Source: Candidatus Enterousia sp. | Lineage (GTDB): Bacteria > Pseudomonadota > Alphaproteobacteria > Rs-D84 | Direction: 5' to 3' | Assembly (NCBI GenBank): GCA_045648665.1 | Contig: JAZROL010000008.1 | Location: forward strand, 4,064 to 68,063 | Length of the DNA stretch: 64,000 bases | Part shown: one piece after another, positions 30,190 through 38,906 of the stretch | Layout of the letters: each line of letters begins with the position of its first letter | Position numbering within the stretch: position 1 is the stretch's first letter | Notes under the pieces: generated by a model | Database searches by the model: none | Told to the model about the DNA's origin: nothing | The model's input: only the letters and a program-made list of their open reading frames with translations | Position numbers and translations under genes: made by a program

Positions 30190-30369
30190 CTATAAATCAG
30201 GTTCAATTGCACTGACCGGGCATACAGCAGCGCAAGTGCCACATCCCATGCATTTTGTTTTGTCTATTGCGCATTTGCCGTTTGCTGCATCAATAATAGC
30301 CATTGCAGGACAAATACCCATACAAGTATGACAACCAATACATTTATTTTGATCTATTTTATAAGCCAT
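30190..30369 (-). CDS. 2x[4Fe-4S] ferredoxin
   Basis: 59 aa, MAYKIDQNKCIGCHTCMGICP...CMGCGTCAAVCP: two CxxCxxCxxxCP clusters. Missed by the ORF track (<60 aa). Confidence 0.75.
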   Translation of the reverse strand: MAYKIDQNKCIGCHTCMGICPAMAIIDAANGKCAIDKTKCMGCGTCAAVCPVSAIEPDL

Positions 30370-30382
30370 TTTGTTTTCCTTT

Positions 30383-31090
30383 CTAGTTTCTGCTGTTTAA
30401 TAAACTTAATATGTATTCAAATAAAGCGACAAACGATATATACATGTGCAAAGCACCTAATACCGCCAGTTGGTCTTTTTGATATTCGTCGCCCATTACC
30501 GCATAAGCGCGCTTTAATGTTTGCATATCATACGCGGCGAACAAGGCGAATACTAACACACCGATTAAGCAAACGATAGTATTAAATGTTGCGCCCAACG
30601 GGATAAACATAGATACTACGCCAACCAAAATTAAACCAATCATACCCAGGAACAAGAATATTCCCAAAAACGAAAGGTCTTTGACTGTTTTATATCCAAA
30701 TAAACTCATGCAACCGAACATAATTGCGGCCAAAACTATCGCCAATAGTATGGATACAGGACTTGATACAAAAACCAAAGGTGTTATTATTATCCCCATC
30801 AATACTGCGTACAAAAACAGCAATATTGCGGCTGTCGAAGGTTTCATTGAAAAAGCGCGTACCTGGGCCCAAATTGATAAACCCAAGCCACCAAAAGCGA
30901 TAATATAATATGTTGCAGATAAACCACCGTTATGTATCAATCCCAACCAAGCGCCGGATATCAACATAACAAACGTAGTTAAAGCGGTTATGCCAACTGC
31001 GCCCGCCATTAAACCAAAAATGCGTTTAAAATAAGATTCTATGCCACCTGATTTTTGTTGAGTTTTAGTAATTGATTTTTTTGTGACCAT
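30383..31090 (-). CDS. BAX inhibitor-1/YccA family membrane protein
   Basis: 7-TM pattern with BI-1 family blocks. Start at MVTKKSI with AAGGAG RBS. Confidence 0.65.
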   Translation of the reverse strand: MVTKKSITKTQQKSGGIESYFKRIFGLMAGAVGITALTTFVMLISGAWLGLIHNGGLSATYYIIAFGGLGLSIWAQVRAFSMKPSTAAILLFLYAVLMGIIITPLVFVSSPVSILLAIVLAAIMFGCMSLFGYKTVKDLSFLGIFLFLGMIGLILVGVVSMFIPLGATFNTIVCLIGVLVFALFAAYDMQTLKRAYAVMGDEYQKDQLAVLGALHMYISFVALFEYILSLLNSRN

Positions 31091-31178
31091 TATATTTCTC
31101 CTTTTGATACGGACAATATAATACACGATGGGGAATAATTCAAGATTAAACAAAAATTAAAATATTTTTATTAAGCAC

Positions 31179-31221
31179 TTGACAAATATGTTTTTGTCAA
31201 TTATATTGTGCTTGTCAAAAA
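31179..31221 (+). promoter_or_regulatory. consensus sigma70-like promoter (TTGACA-17-TATATT) overlapped by palindromic operator TTGACAAA-N6-TTTGTCAA plus a third half-site
   Basis: Spacing counted by hand. Palindrome arms are exact reverse complements. Confidence 0.6.
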
Positions 31222-31239
31222 TAACAAAAAGGATTGGTT

Positions 31240-31518
31240 ATGAATAATCAAGATGCTATTGTCGCTATTAATGGTGCGTTTGCAACGCCAAAGCAAACTA
31301 TTATATCGCAACAGAAAAAAATTATTGCGATACAGATAAAGGAAAAAGCCAAACAAGAACAAATGTTGAAAAGTTTGGAACCTGAAAGTGCGGCATATAA
31401 ACAATGCCAAGAAAATATAAAAAAATGCGATAAAAAGATAACAGAATGCAACCAATTGATTTTTGTAATGGAATCGCAACTGAATATACAAACAAACGCA
31501 AGATTTAGAATTTTTTAA
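31240..31518 (+). CDS. small hypothetical protein
   Basis: ATG 31240 with AAAAAGGA RBS; 92 aa. Confidence 0.45.
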   Translation: MNNQDAIVAINGAFATPKQTIISQQKKIIAIQIKEKAKQEQMLKSLEPESAAYKQCQENIKKCDKKITECNQLIFVMESQLNIQTNARFRIF

Positions 31519-31542
31519 ACTAAAAACCAAAGGAAAAAAGAA

Positions 31543-31824
31543 ATGTCAAATTCACGTGTATCAAAATATTGGGATCATGTACAACAACCAAAATTAACTA
31601 ATAGAAACGAAATACTTGTTATGGAAATGCATGTCGAAGAAAAAGAAGTTTTGGCTTATAACGTCAAAAGTTACGAAAATGCGCAAAAAAGGTTAGCGGA
31701 AGAATTGGCCTGCGGTCTTAATGGCAGTCAAAAAATAATTGCACGTTGCAATGATATTATAACACGTTTAGCACCTGAGTATCAAAAATATTTACAAATG
31801 AAAGAATTAGGTCTTGTTCGTTAA
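31543..31824 (+). CDS. small hypothetical protein
   Basis: 93 aa, RBS AAAGGAAAAAAG; terminator hairpin downstream (aaagtcgcttcggcgacttt). Confidence 0.45.
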   Translation: MSNSRVSKYWDHVQQPKLTNRNEILVMEMHVEEKEVLAYNVKSYENAQKRLAEELACGLNGSQKIIARCNDIITRLAPEYQKYLQMKELGLVR

Positions 31825-31914
31825 AATATTTCATAAAGTCGCTTCGGCGACTTTAATTTTTTATTGAAAACAAAACTGTTTTAATAATACAATGCCATAA
31901 AAGGAATTTTTATT

Positions 31915-32739
31915 ATGGCTATTATTATCAATCCTATTAACCCTGTTGCTTTTTCAGTGTTTGGGTTGCCAATACGTTGGTATGCGCTGGCGTATGTAGC
32001 GTCTTTTACTTTGGGTTTTGTTTTGTTTAAATACCTGGTACGACGTAATGATTCACAAATTTATTTGAACAAAAAACAACTAGATGATGTATTGTCTGCT
32101 TTTATATTGGGCGTTATTATCGGTGGGCGATTGGGATATGTTTTGTTTTATAATTTTTCTTATTTCTTTGCGCATCCGCTTGAAATATTTGCGCTTTGGC
32201 ATGGTGGAATGAGTTTCCATGGTGGTTTGTTGGGTGTAATAGTTGCGACCTTTTTATTTGCGCGTAAACAAAAATTCCCAGATAAATCAGTAGCACGAAA
32301 CGGTTTGCGTATTCTTGATTTATTGGCAACTTTGGCACCATTGGGATTGTTTATGGGACGTATAGCTAATTTTATAAATATGGAGATAATGGGGCGTCCA
32401 ACCGATTCGCCACTAGGTGTGGTTTTTCGTGGACGAACAGATATCCCACGCCACGCCAGCCCCCTATATGAAGCAGCGTTGGAAGGTGTTGTTTTATTCA
32501 TAATAATGGGGATTTTATACAATAAAACAAATCTTAAAAAATATCCAGGTGCATTGGGTGGAATTTTGTGTGCTTTGTATGCGGTATTTAGAATAATATG
32601 CGAACAATTCAGGCAACCAGATGCACAAATAGGTTTTTTGACATCTTGGGGACTCACAATGGGGCAAATGTTGTCTGGCATTATGTTTGCAGCGGGATTG
32701 ACTATTTTTATTTGCGCAGTTCGGAAAAATAAATTATAA
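31915..32739 (+). CDS. lgt: prolipoprotein diacylglyceryl transferase
   Basis: Lgt signature GRIANFINMEIMGRPT; multiple TM segments; 274 aa. Confidence 0.85.
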   Translation: MAIIINPINPVAFSVFGLPIRWYALAYVASFTLGFVLFKYLVRRNDSQIYLNKKQLDDVLSAFILGVIIGGRLGYVLFYNFSYFFAHPLEIFALWHGGMSFHGGLLGVIVATFLFARKQKFPDKSVARNGLRILDLLATLAPLGLFMGRIANFINMEIMGRPTDSPLGVVFRGRTDIPRHASPLYEAALEGVVLFIIMGILYNKTNLKKYPGALGGILCALYAVFRIICEQFRQPDAQIGFLTSWGLTMGQMLSGIMFAAGLTIFICAVRKNKL

Positions 32740-32767
32740 TAAAATTGAATAACGAAAGGAGTCCTCC

Positions 32768-32966
32768 ATGAAAATCAAAACAGAAGTTGATGAATTTATC
32801 GCTAAAAATGATAAAGATAGCATAGTATCTATCGAAGTGGAAGATTAACATTTTATTAAAAGGATATGCTATGTGTATAATTTTCGATGACAATCAGGAC
32901 TAAAATTCATAAGTAAAAGGACCTATTATGGGAACAGATATATATTTTGACGACACAGAAGGATAA
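32768..32966 (+). other. three tandem micro-ORFs (26, 10 and 12 codons), each with its own Shine-Dalgarno sequence
   Basis: 32768..32848 MKIKTEVDEFIAKNDKDSIVSIEVED; 32871..32903 MCIIFDDNQD; 32928..32966 MGTDIYFDDTEG. SDs are AAAGGAG, AAAAGGA, AAAAGGA at 6-8 nt. Confidence 0.3.
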
Positions 32967-32975
32967 ATAAAACAT

Positions 32976-32994
32976 TTGACATTTGAATTGTCAA
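32976..32994 (+). promoter_or_regulatory. palindrome TTGACA-N6-TTGTCAA upstream of tRNA-Ser
   Basis: Exact inverted half-sites; the same half-site as the operator at 31179. Confidence 0.4.
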
Positions 32995-33035
32995 AATGTA
33001 AACTTTGCCTGCTTTACAGAAAAAGGTAGAGTTTA

Positions 33036-33074
33036 GGATGGTTGGAAGCCGCGGTCGAATGCGACGGTCTTGAC
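33036..33074 (+). repeat. duplicated 5' fragment (~39 nt) of tRNA-Ser
   Basis: ggatggttgg[a]ag[c]cgcggtcgaatgcgacggtcttga matches tRNA-Ser positions 1-39, then diverges. Confidence 0.75.
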
Positions 33075-33156
33075 TGCGAAGCGAGGTAAGAGCAAACTTT
33101 AGTTTGCGCATTACCAAAACCGTCGGTTTGAAAGAACCGTCGCGAAAAAGAGTTTA

Positions 33157-33246
33157 GGATGGTTGGCAGAGCGGTCGAATGCGACGGTCTTGAAAACCGC
33201 TGACGGGGCAACTCGTCCGGGGGTTCGAATCCCTCACCATCCGCCA
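33157..33246 (+). tRNA. tRNA-Ser (anticodon TGA)
   Basis: 90 nt. Acceptor GGATGGT/ACCATCC, anticodon loop CTTGAAA, long variable arm, T-loop TTCGAAT, CCA encoded. Terminator hairpin follows. Confidence 0.8.
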
Positions 33247-33575
33247 GGAATAAAAACTTTAAAACACCCCCCCATCGGGGGTGTTTTTAGTTTTTACTGG
33301 CGGATGGTGAGGGATCGGTCAGAGCGAAGCGCATGACCAATCCGCAGATGAACAATTAAGAAAATGTTAAAAAATCGAAATTTATGAGATTTTTTTAATT
33401 TTCGTTATTTGTTTATCAAGAACAACCTTATTATACATAAAATGCTGTCAAACACCCAAACGGGTGTTTTTTTTGTCCCGTATAGTTTGGGATGAAGAAG
33501 CGGCATTTGTCTACTATAAAAGTTGACATTTTTTATTTTTGTGTTATATTTGCTTTATGAATCAAAGACACAGAT

Positions 33576-34370
33576 ATGATACCAAATATTAAACATGCAA
33601 AAAAACATTTTGTTAATCATGGTTTTGCCCAGTATTCTACGGCATACGTTGCGACAAACGAAGATTTGCGTAATGCGTTGAAATGTATGCCAAAAGACGT
33701 CAATAGGGCGCTGACTGTGGCTGCATCCGGGGATCATCCTATGTTTGCCGCATTATATGGTGCAAAACAAGTTGATACATTTGATATATCTTTTAATGCT
33801 AAATTAATTATGGACATAAAAACAAACGCTTTGTCTTTGTTAGCATATGAAGAATATTGTCAGTTGTTAAAAAATCTTTATGAATCCAAAGACATAGCGC
33901 GCACAAAAAATATGCCGCAAATAATAGAAAAATTAACACCGTTTGAACAAGAATATATTAAAGAAATGCGTGGCAATAATCTGTTTGGCAAACAGATAGA
34001 CCATGTTTTTGTGCCAACAGAACCAGAATTTCAAAAAATGCGACAAGTTATAGAGAAACCCTTTAATTTTATCGGTACAGACATACAAGAATTACATAAA
34101 AAATTAACAAAAACTTATGATTTTATACACGTGTCGAATATATTTGATTATATTGGGACATATCAAAACTGTGTTAATGTTTTATATTCTTTGATACCGT
34201 ACACTGTTCCAGGCTGTAATATATGTATCGGATGTTTTACAAAAGATTCAGAAGCAATTTGTGAGAAATTTATTTGGGAACAAGAATTGCACCGCAACAA
34301 AGAGCAAATATGGATAGCCAATAATGTTGAAATGGTGACAAATACTTGCGTTATGCATCGTGTCCGATAG
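33576..34370 (+). CDS. hypothetical protein with class-I SAM-dependent-methyltransferase-like motifs
   Basis: Motif-I-like ALTVAASGDHP and DFIHVSNIFDY; 264 aa. Assignment tentative. Confidence 0.35.
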   Translation: MIPNIKHAKKHFVNHGFAQYSTAYVATNEDLRNALKCMPKDVNRALTVAASGDHPMFAALYGAKQVDTFDISFNAKLIMDIKTNALSLLAYEEYCQLLKNLYESKDIARTKNMPQIIEKLTPFEQEYIKEMRGNNLFGKQIDHVFVPTEPEFQKMRQVIEKPFNFIGTDIQELHKKLTKTYDFIHVSNIFDYIGTYQNCVNVLYSLIPYTVPGCNICIGCFTKDSEAICEKFIWEQELHRNKEQIWIANNVEMVTNTCVMHRVR

Positions 34371-34468
34371 CGATAAATAAAAAAAAATCCAGTTGTGTCA
34401 CTTTTTTTCTATTGCGGATTGGGAATTTATTCTTTACAATTGAAACGGTTTAACCAAAAGGAGAAAAC

Positions 34469-34609
34469 ATGAAAAAATTATTATTAGCTTTGTTCGCAGT
34501 TTTAACATTGGCTGCATGTACTGGTTCTTATCGTTCCGGCAATTGTGAATATGATTTCTTGTTGCACAAAGATATTTCAATTTCTAAATTGATTGGCAGT
34601 TGTAATTAA
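34469..34609 (+). CDS. small lipoprotein (46 aa)
   Basis: RBS AAAGGAG; MKKLLLALFAVLTLAACTG lipobox (LAAC). Confidence 0.4.
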   Translation: MKKLLLALFAVLTLAACTGSYRSGNCEYDFLLHKDISISKLIGSCN

Positions 34610-34937
34610 GATTCAATAAAAAACAACATGTTATTAAGAAACTGCCTTGTTTGGCGGTTTCTTTTTTACGAAAAAAAAGTGTTGCGTTTAATGTTTTTTT
34701 TGTTTTAAAATCAAATTGCAAAGCATGTTCAACAATGAACGCTTAATCCCTAAGTCAGGTCGGGCATGCTTTGCTTTTTTTAATTTTTTTTGTTTTATAC
34801 AGAACCGGGTTTTCCGTGGAAAAAGAAATTTTTTATAAAAATCAACACTTTTTTTTCATAAAAAATAAAAATTTTTTTACAAGGCGGATTTGGAAAGTGA
34901 TTGAAAATATGATATAATACCAATCAAAGTAGAAGAA

Positions 34938-35648
34938 ATGTACCATAAAAACATGCGATTTTCGTTGGTTTTTTCGGTGTTGTGTCTAGGTTTTGCGCCT
35001 GACATAATGGCTGCTCCGTCTGTGCGGGTGCTTGGCGGTGGTGCCTCTGGTGCTACTACATCCGGAACGACAGTATCTGCATCTGGGGTGACGGGTTTGT
35101 CTGGAACCAAGGCTGTGCCAGTGAATACAGCGAATCGTGTAAATACATCTGTACTGGGTACTGGAAATTTAGCGACCAAGAAAACATCGGCTGTGAAAGT
35201 TGGCTCTACGCCTGCGGCAACGATTGTGCAACCGGTTGCGAGAACAACTGCAAATGCTAATACCAGTCGAATCGGCAGTATATCCGCAAACGCAGTTAAT
35301 GGGACAGGTCGTATTCCAACTATGAAATTACCGAGTAAAATCCAAACAACGTATCGCCCGGTCCAGGTTGCAACGCCGACCGAACCAACACCTGCACCAG
35401 AGGTTGATTTATCTAATTACTATACCAAGCCTGAAATAGACGAAATGTTAGAAGGTTTGGATATAAATGTTGAAACGGTGACTAATTTGACCGAAGTGGC
35501 GAATCAAACAGTGCAACAACTGTATGAAACAACGAACACTATATATAATGTGAAAACAAATCAACGCGAATTGGTTTATGTTGCAGACATAGACGATTTT
35601 GACCATGGAATGTTTGACAGTTTAGAAACCGCGGAAGAAACAGATTAA
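34938..35648 (+). CDS. secreted low-complexity (S/T/G/A/R-rich) protein
   Basis: Signal peptide. Composition resembles the N-terminal low-complexity tract of the 907-aa protein. Acidic C-terminus. Confidence 0.5.
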   Translation: MYHKNMRFSLVFSVLCLGFAPDIMAAPSVRVLGGGASGATTSGTTVSASGVTGLSGTKAVPVNTANRVNTSVLGTGNLATKKTSAVKVGSTPAATIVQPVARTTANANTSRIGSISANAVNGTGRIPTMKLPSKIQTTYRPVQVATPTEPTPAPEVDLSNYYTKPEIDEMLEGLDINVETVTNLTEVANQTVQQLYETTNTIYNVKTNQRELVYVADIDDFDHGMFDSLETAEETD

Positions 35649-35685
35649 ACAAAAAACTAAATAAAACAAAAGAGGAGAAGAAAAA

Positions 35686-36312
35686 ATGAAAAAAGTATTA
35701 TTGTCAGGTTTTGTGATGGGGGTGTTGGGTGCAACTGCAGCAAATGCAGACACAACAACACAATTAACCACAAAAGGTTATGTTGATACTGGTTTACAGG
35801 CCGTATACAACAAAGCAAAGGGTTTGGCAAACGATGCTAAAACAGCAGCCCAAGCAGCCCAAGCAACCGCAAACGAAGCGAAAACAACAGCGGGCAATGC
35901 TTTGGATTCTGTCACAACTTTGCAAAGTAATTTAAATGATTTAGATGAATATGTGGGCAGCAAAACCGCAAACGTCGATGGACAAGTGGTGCCTGCGTCT
36001 GGCTTGTCCGCGGATGTTGAAAATTTGGAAACAGCTGTTGGCGATAAAACAAATTTGGAAACAACAAATAAAGCAAATTTGGTTGGTGCGATTAACGAAA
36101 TCAAAGGTTCAATCGACACCATCAATACAGCCGTTCAAAATCAACAAGTTCAGGCTGGTGCCGGTGTGGCCGTCAGTGGTTCAACAGTCAGCGTTAACGG
36201 ACTTGATGCGACAACCGCTGCCGATACGAATGGTATTTATGTATTCCAGGGTAACCAAGCAACAAAATTAAACGTTGCAACAACATGGAGTGATCCAGAT
36301 TGGTTAAATTAA
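35686..36312 (+). CDS. secreted repetitive coiled-coil/stalk-like surface protein (family member 1)
   Basis: Signal peptide ending ANA; post-signal motif TTKGYVDTGLQAVYNKAKG; Ala/Thr/Asn-rich repeats. Confidence 0.55.
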   Translation: MKKVLLSGFVMGVLGATAANADTTTQLTTKGYVDTGLQAVYNKAKGLANDAKTAAQAAQATANEAKTTAGNALDSVTTLQSNLNDLDEYVGSKTANVDGQVVPASGLSADVENLETAVGDKTNLETTNKANLVGAINEIKGSIDTINTAVQNQQVQAGAGVAVSGSTVSVNGLDATTAADTNGIYVFQGNQATKLNVATTWSDPDWLN

Positions 36313-36571
36313 TCTAGATCAAAGATTTTCATTTTTGTCTTCTTTTTGAAACCGCCATCCTCCCCCGGCGGTTTTTTTAATGTTCACCCCCACCTTGGGG
36401 GAGAACATTTTTTTTGCAAAAAAATACAATAAAAAAATGCGGTTTTTGAAAAAGTCAAGTGAAAAAATTTAAAAAAAGTGTTTTGTATGAAAAAAATAGG
36501 TCTTTTTTCTGGTATAATAAGAGTATTAAAAAGCTTGGCTTGGGGAAAGCAATATAAAAAAACAAGAGAGA

Positions 36572-37486
36572 ATGAACATGAAAAAATTATTAGGCGTTTC
36601 AATTGCTGCTATGTTGGCCGTAAGTCCAATGTTAGCAAGCGCTGCGGTAACTGCGACAAGTTCCCAAATTGCAGCAGCGAACACAGATGTTACTTCAAGT
36701 AATAATGTTGCAACAACGTCGTATGTTAAGGGTGCTTATAAAGCAATGGCTACGGAAGTGAACAAAGTTCAAACAGATGTCGCCAATGTTATATCTGATA
36801 TCAATGTTGCGGAAGCAAATGAAGTAACTGGCGGTGTTGTAACACACTCTAACAGTGTTGCACAAAACTTGGTTGCTTTGGATAATGCTGTGAAAAATGC
36901 TGCAAGCACTGCATCTACTACATATCAATTGCAACAAGATTCTAATGTTGTCGCTGGCGCAAATGAAACTTTACATCATTTGACAGCTGGAACTGGTGTT
37001 GCAACTAACTTGAAAGCTTTGGATGCACAAGTTTATGCAAATGAAACAGCAATTGGTACAAATACTTCTAATATTTCCGGTTTGACTACACGTATGGGAA
37101 CGGCAGAAGGTAATATCTCAACTTTGACAACTGCTGTTGGTGATGCAAATTCTGGTTTGACAAAAGGTGTTGCTGATAATACAAGTGCGATTTCCGGATT
37201 GGGTAGTCGTTTAACAACAGCTGAAGGCGATATTGATGCGTTGGAAACCGCTGTCGGTAATATCAATACTGCGTCTGCAAATTATGCTACAAAGTTAGGT
37301 GTTGTTGCAACAATCAATAATTCAACAGCAAGCGGAACAGTAAGAGTTTACAATGATTGGACTGATGAAACAAATGGTTACGCAGATGTAACTGTTAGCA
37401 GTACTGTCACTGCACCTGCTACTAATGCTTACTATGGTACTCTTGCAGCACAATCTGGTACAACACAAACAGATCCACAACCATAA
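36572..37486 (+). CDS. secreted repetitive stalk-like surface protein (family member 2)
   Basis: Signal peptide ending ASA; motif TTSYVKGAYKA; internal repeats NxSxISGLxxRxxTAEGxIxxLxTAVG. Confidence 0.55.
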   Translation: MNMKKLLGVSIAAMLAVSPMLASAAVTATSSQIAAANTDVTSSNNVATTSYVKGAYKAMATEVNKVQTDVANVISDINVAEANEVTGGVVTHSNSVAQNLVALDNAVKNAASTASTTYQLQQDSNVVAGANETLHHLTAGTGVATNLKALDAQVYANETAIGTNTSNISGLTTRMGTAEGNISTLTTAVGDANSGLTKGVADNTSAISGLGSRLTTAEGDIDALETAVGNINTASANYATKLGVVATINNSTASGTVRVYNDWTDETNGYADVTVSSTVTAPATNAYYGTLAAQSGTTQTDPQP

Positions 37487-37573
37487 TATCTAAAAAACAC
37501 AATTTTAGTTCTGGACAATTAGGTTTGGTTTTTGCTATAACTTAATTGTCCGAACTAAAGTTTTATAAAAGAC

Positions 37574-37909
37574 ATGAAGGGAATATTTTTTATCTTTGCT
37601 GGAATTTTGTTGGTTTCCCCTGCAATGGCAGAGGGTGCTTTGCAATTGGAATTAACACCAACAACCAATATCGTGACTACGTCTTACGTTCGTGGGGCCT
37701 ATAATGTGTTGGATGGTTCAAAGCAAGAAAAATTAACCAGTTCTGGTAATTCCGCAAATGTCGTTGTTGATTCGAATACTTCCACAAAACCTTTGGTTTC
37801 TGCAATTTCTGCAAGTGATGGAACCGTTACGATTACCAAAAGTGATGTGACTATTCCGGTTGGTTCCGCCAGTTCCCCAACAGGCCGCGCCAATATTTGG
37901 GTGGAATAA
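37574..37909 (+). CDS. secreted surface protein (family member 3, short)
   Basis: Signal peptide; motif TTSYVRGAYNVL shared with the 36572 protein. Confidence 0.5.
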   Translation: MKGIFFIFAGILLVSPAMAEGALQLELTPTTNIVTTSYVRGAYNVLDGSKQEKLTSSGNSANVVVDSNTSTKPLVSAISASDGTVTITKSDVTIPVGSASSPTGRANIWVE

Positions 37910-38066
37910 ACCAAGTTGTTTTTATCAAATTTTTCGAATCGGCTTCCCAGCCGTTTTTTTATTCCCCGCCCGGGGCGGGGTGGCGCCAAAGGCGACGGGG
38001 AGGGTTGGATAAATAAAAAAACACCCCATCACAGGGGTGTTTTACATAATCTAACAAATCGTATCA

Positions 38067-38681
38067 TTAAAATACAAATTTAACACCGCCACCCAATATG
38101 TAATGTGTGTTTATGTCATAATGGGAACGTGTAGGTGCAAATAAACGGCCGGTTGCTGATAATGTTATGTAATCAGTCAATTCGAAATCCAGACCCGCTT
38201 TGAATGCAAATAATGGTGAATATACTGTTTCGTTTGGATCTTCTTTCCAATCATAAACGTAATTCATAGAACCCATACCTGCGCCCAAGACTAAATCTAT
38301 GCGGGATGTTTTATCGCCACTTATACGGATATAATTATCGTAAGTTGCGGACATTACCAATGTATGGATTTCACCATAGTTTAAATTTGTGAATTTATCG
38401 CTGATTTTTTCGCCGTCTGTTTTATCCATACTCAAAGTGATTCCGCCGTTATAGATTTCATCATGTGAACCAAAACGGACGCCTGCTTCAAATCCATAGG
38501 CAAAGAAATCTGTTGGTAAATCTCTGGATTTTTCAAGTGCTATATTTTCAGTAGCATTGGAATATCCTGTGCCTGTGAAGCCCATTGTTGCGCCAACAAA
38601 TGGATGATATTCAAATGCAGATGCACCAGCCACAGATGCGATTACTGTTGCTATACCTGTTAAAAACATTTTTGATTTCAT
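38067..38681 (-). CDS. small outer-membrane beta-barrel protein (OmpW/opacity-like, 8-strand type)
   Basis: Signal peptide ending ASA; C-terminal GGGVKFVF. Confidence 0.6.
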   Translation of the reverse strand: MKSKMFLTGIATVIASVAGASAFEYHPFVGATMGFTGTGYSNATENIALEKSRDLPTDFFAYGFEAGVRFGSHDEIYNGGITLSMDKTDGEKISDKFTNLNYGEIHTLVMSATYDNYIRISGDKTSRIDLVLGAGMGSMNYVYDWKEDPNETVYSPLFAFKAGLDFELTDYITLSATGRLFAPTRSHYDINTHYILGGGVKFVF

Positions 38682-38906
38682 GTGTTTTCCTCCTTTCCAT
38701 GTTCTATGCGCGTATTATAATACCTTTATATACCAAAGACAATGTTTTTATTTTTTATCTTGTGAATTTTTTCCTGGGAAAAGGCGCCTGTACCAAAATA
38801 AGAGGATATGAATATTATATGTGTTGGTTGGAGAAATACTTTAACAAGGGTTTTTAACCAATCAGGAAAATTCTTTCTGACAAAAAAGGTCGCATCTGCG
38901 ACCTTT

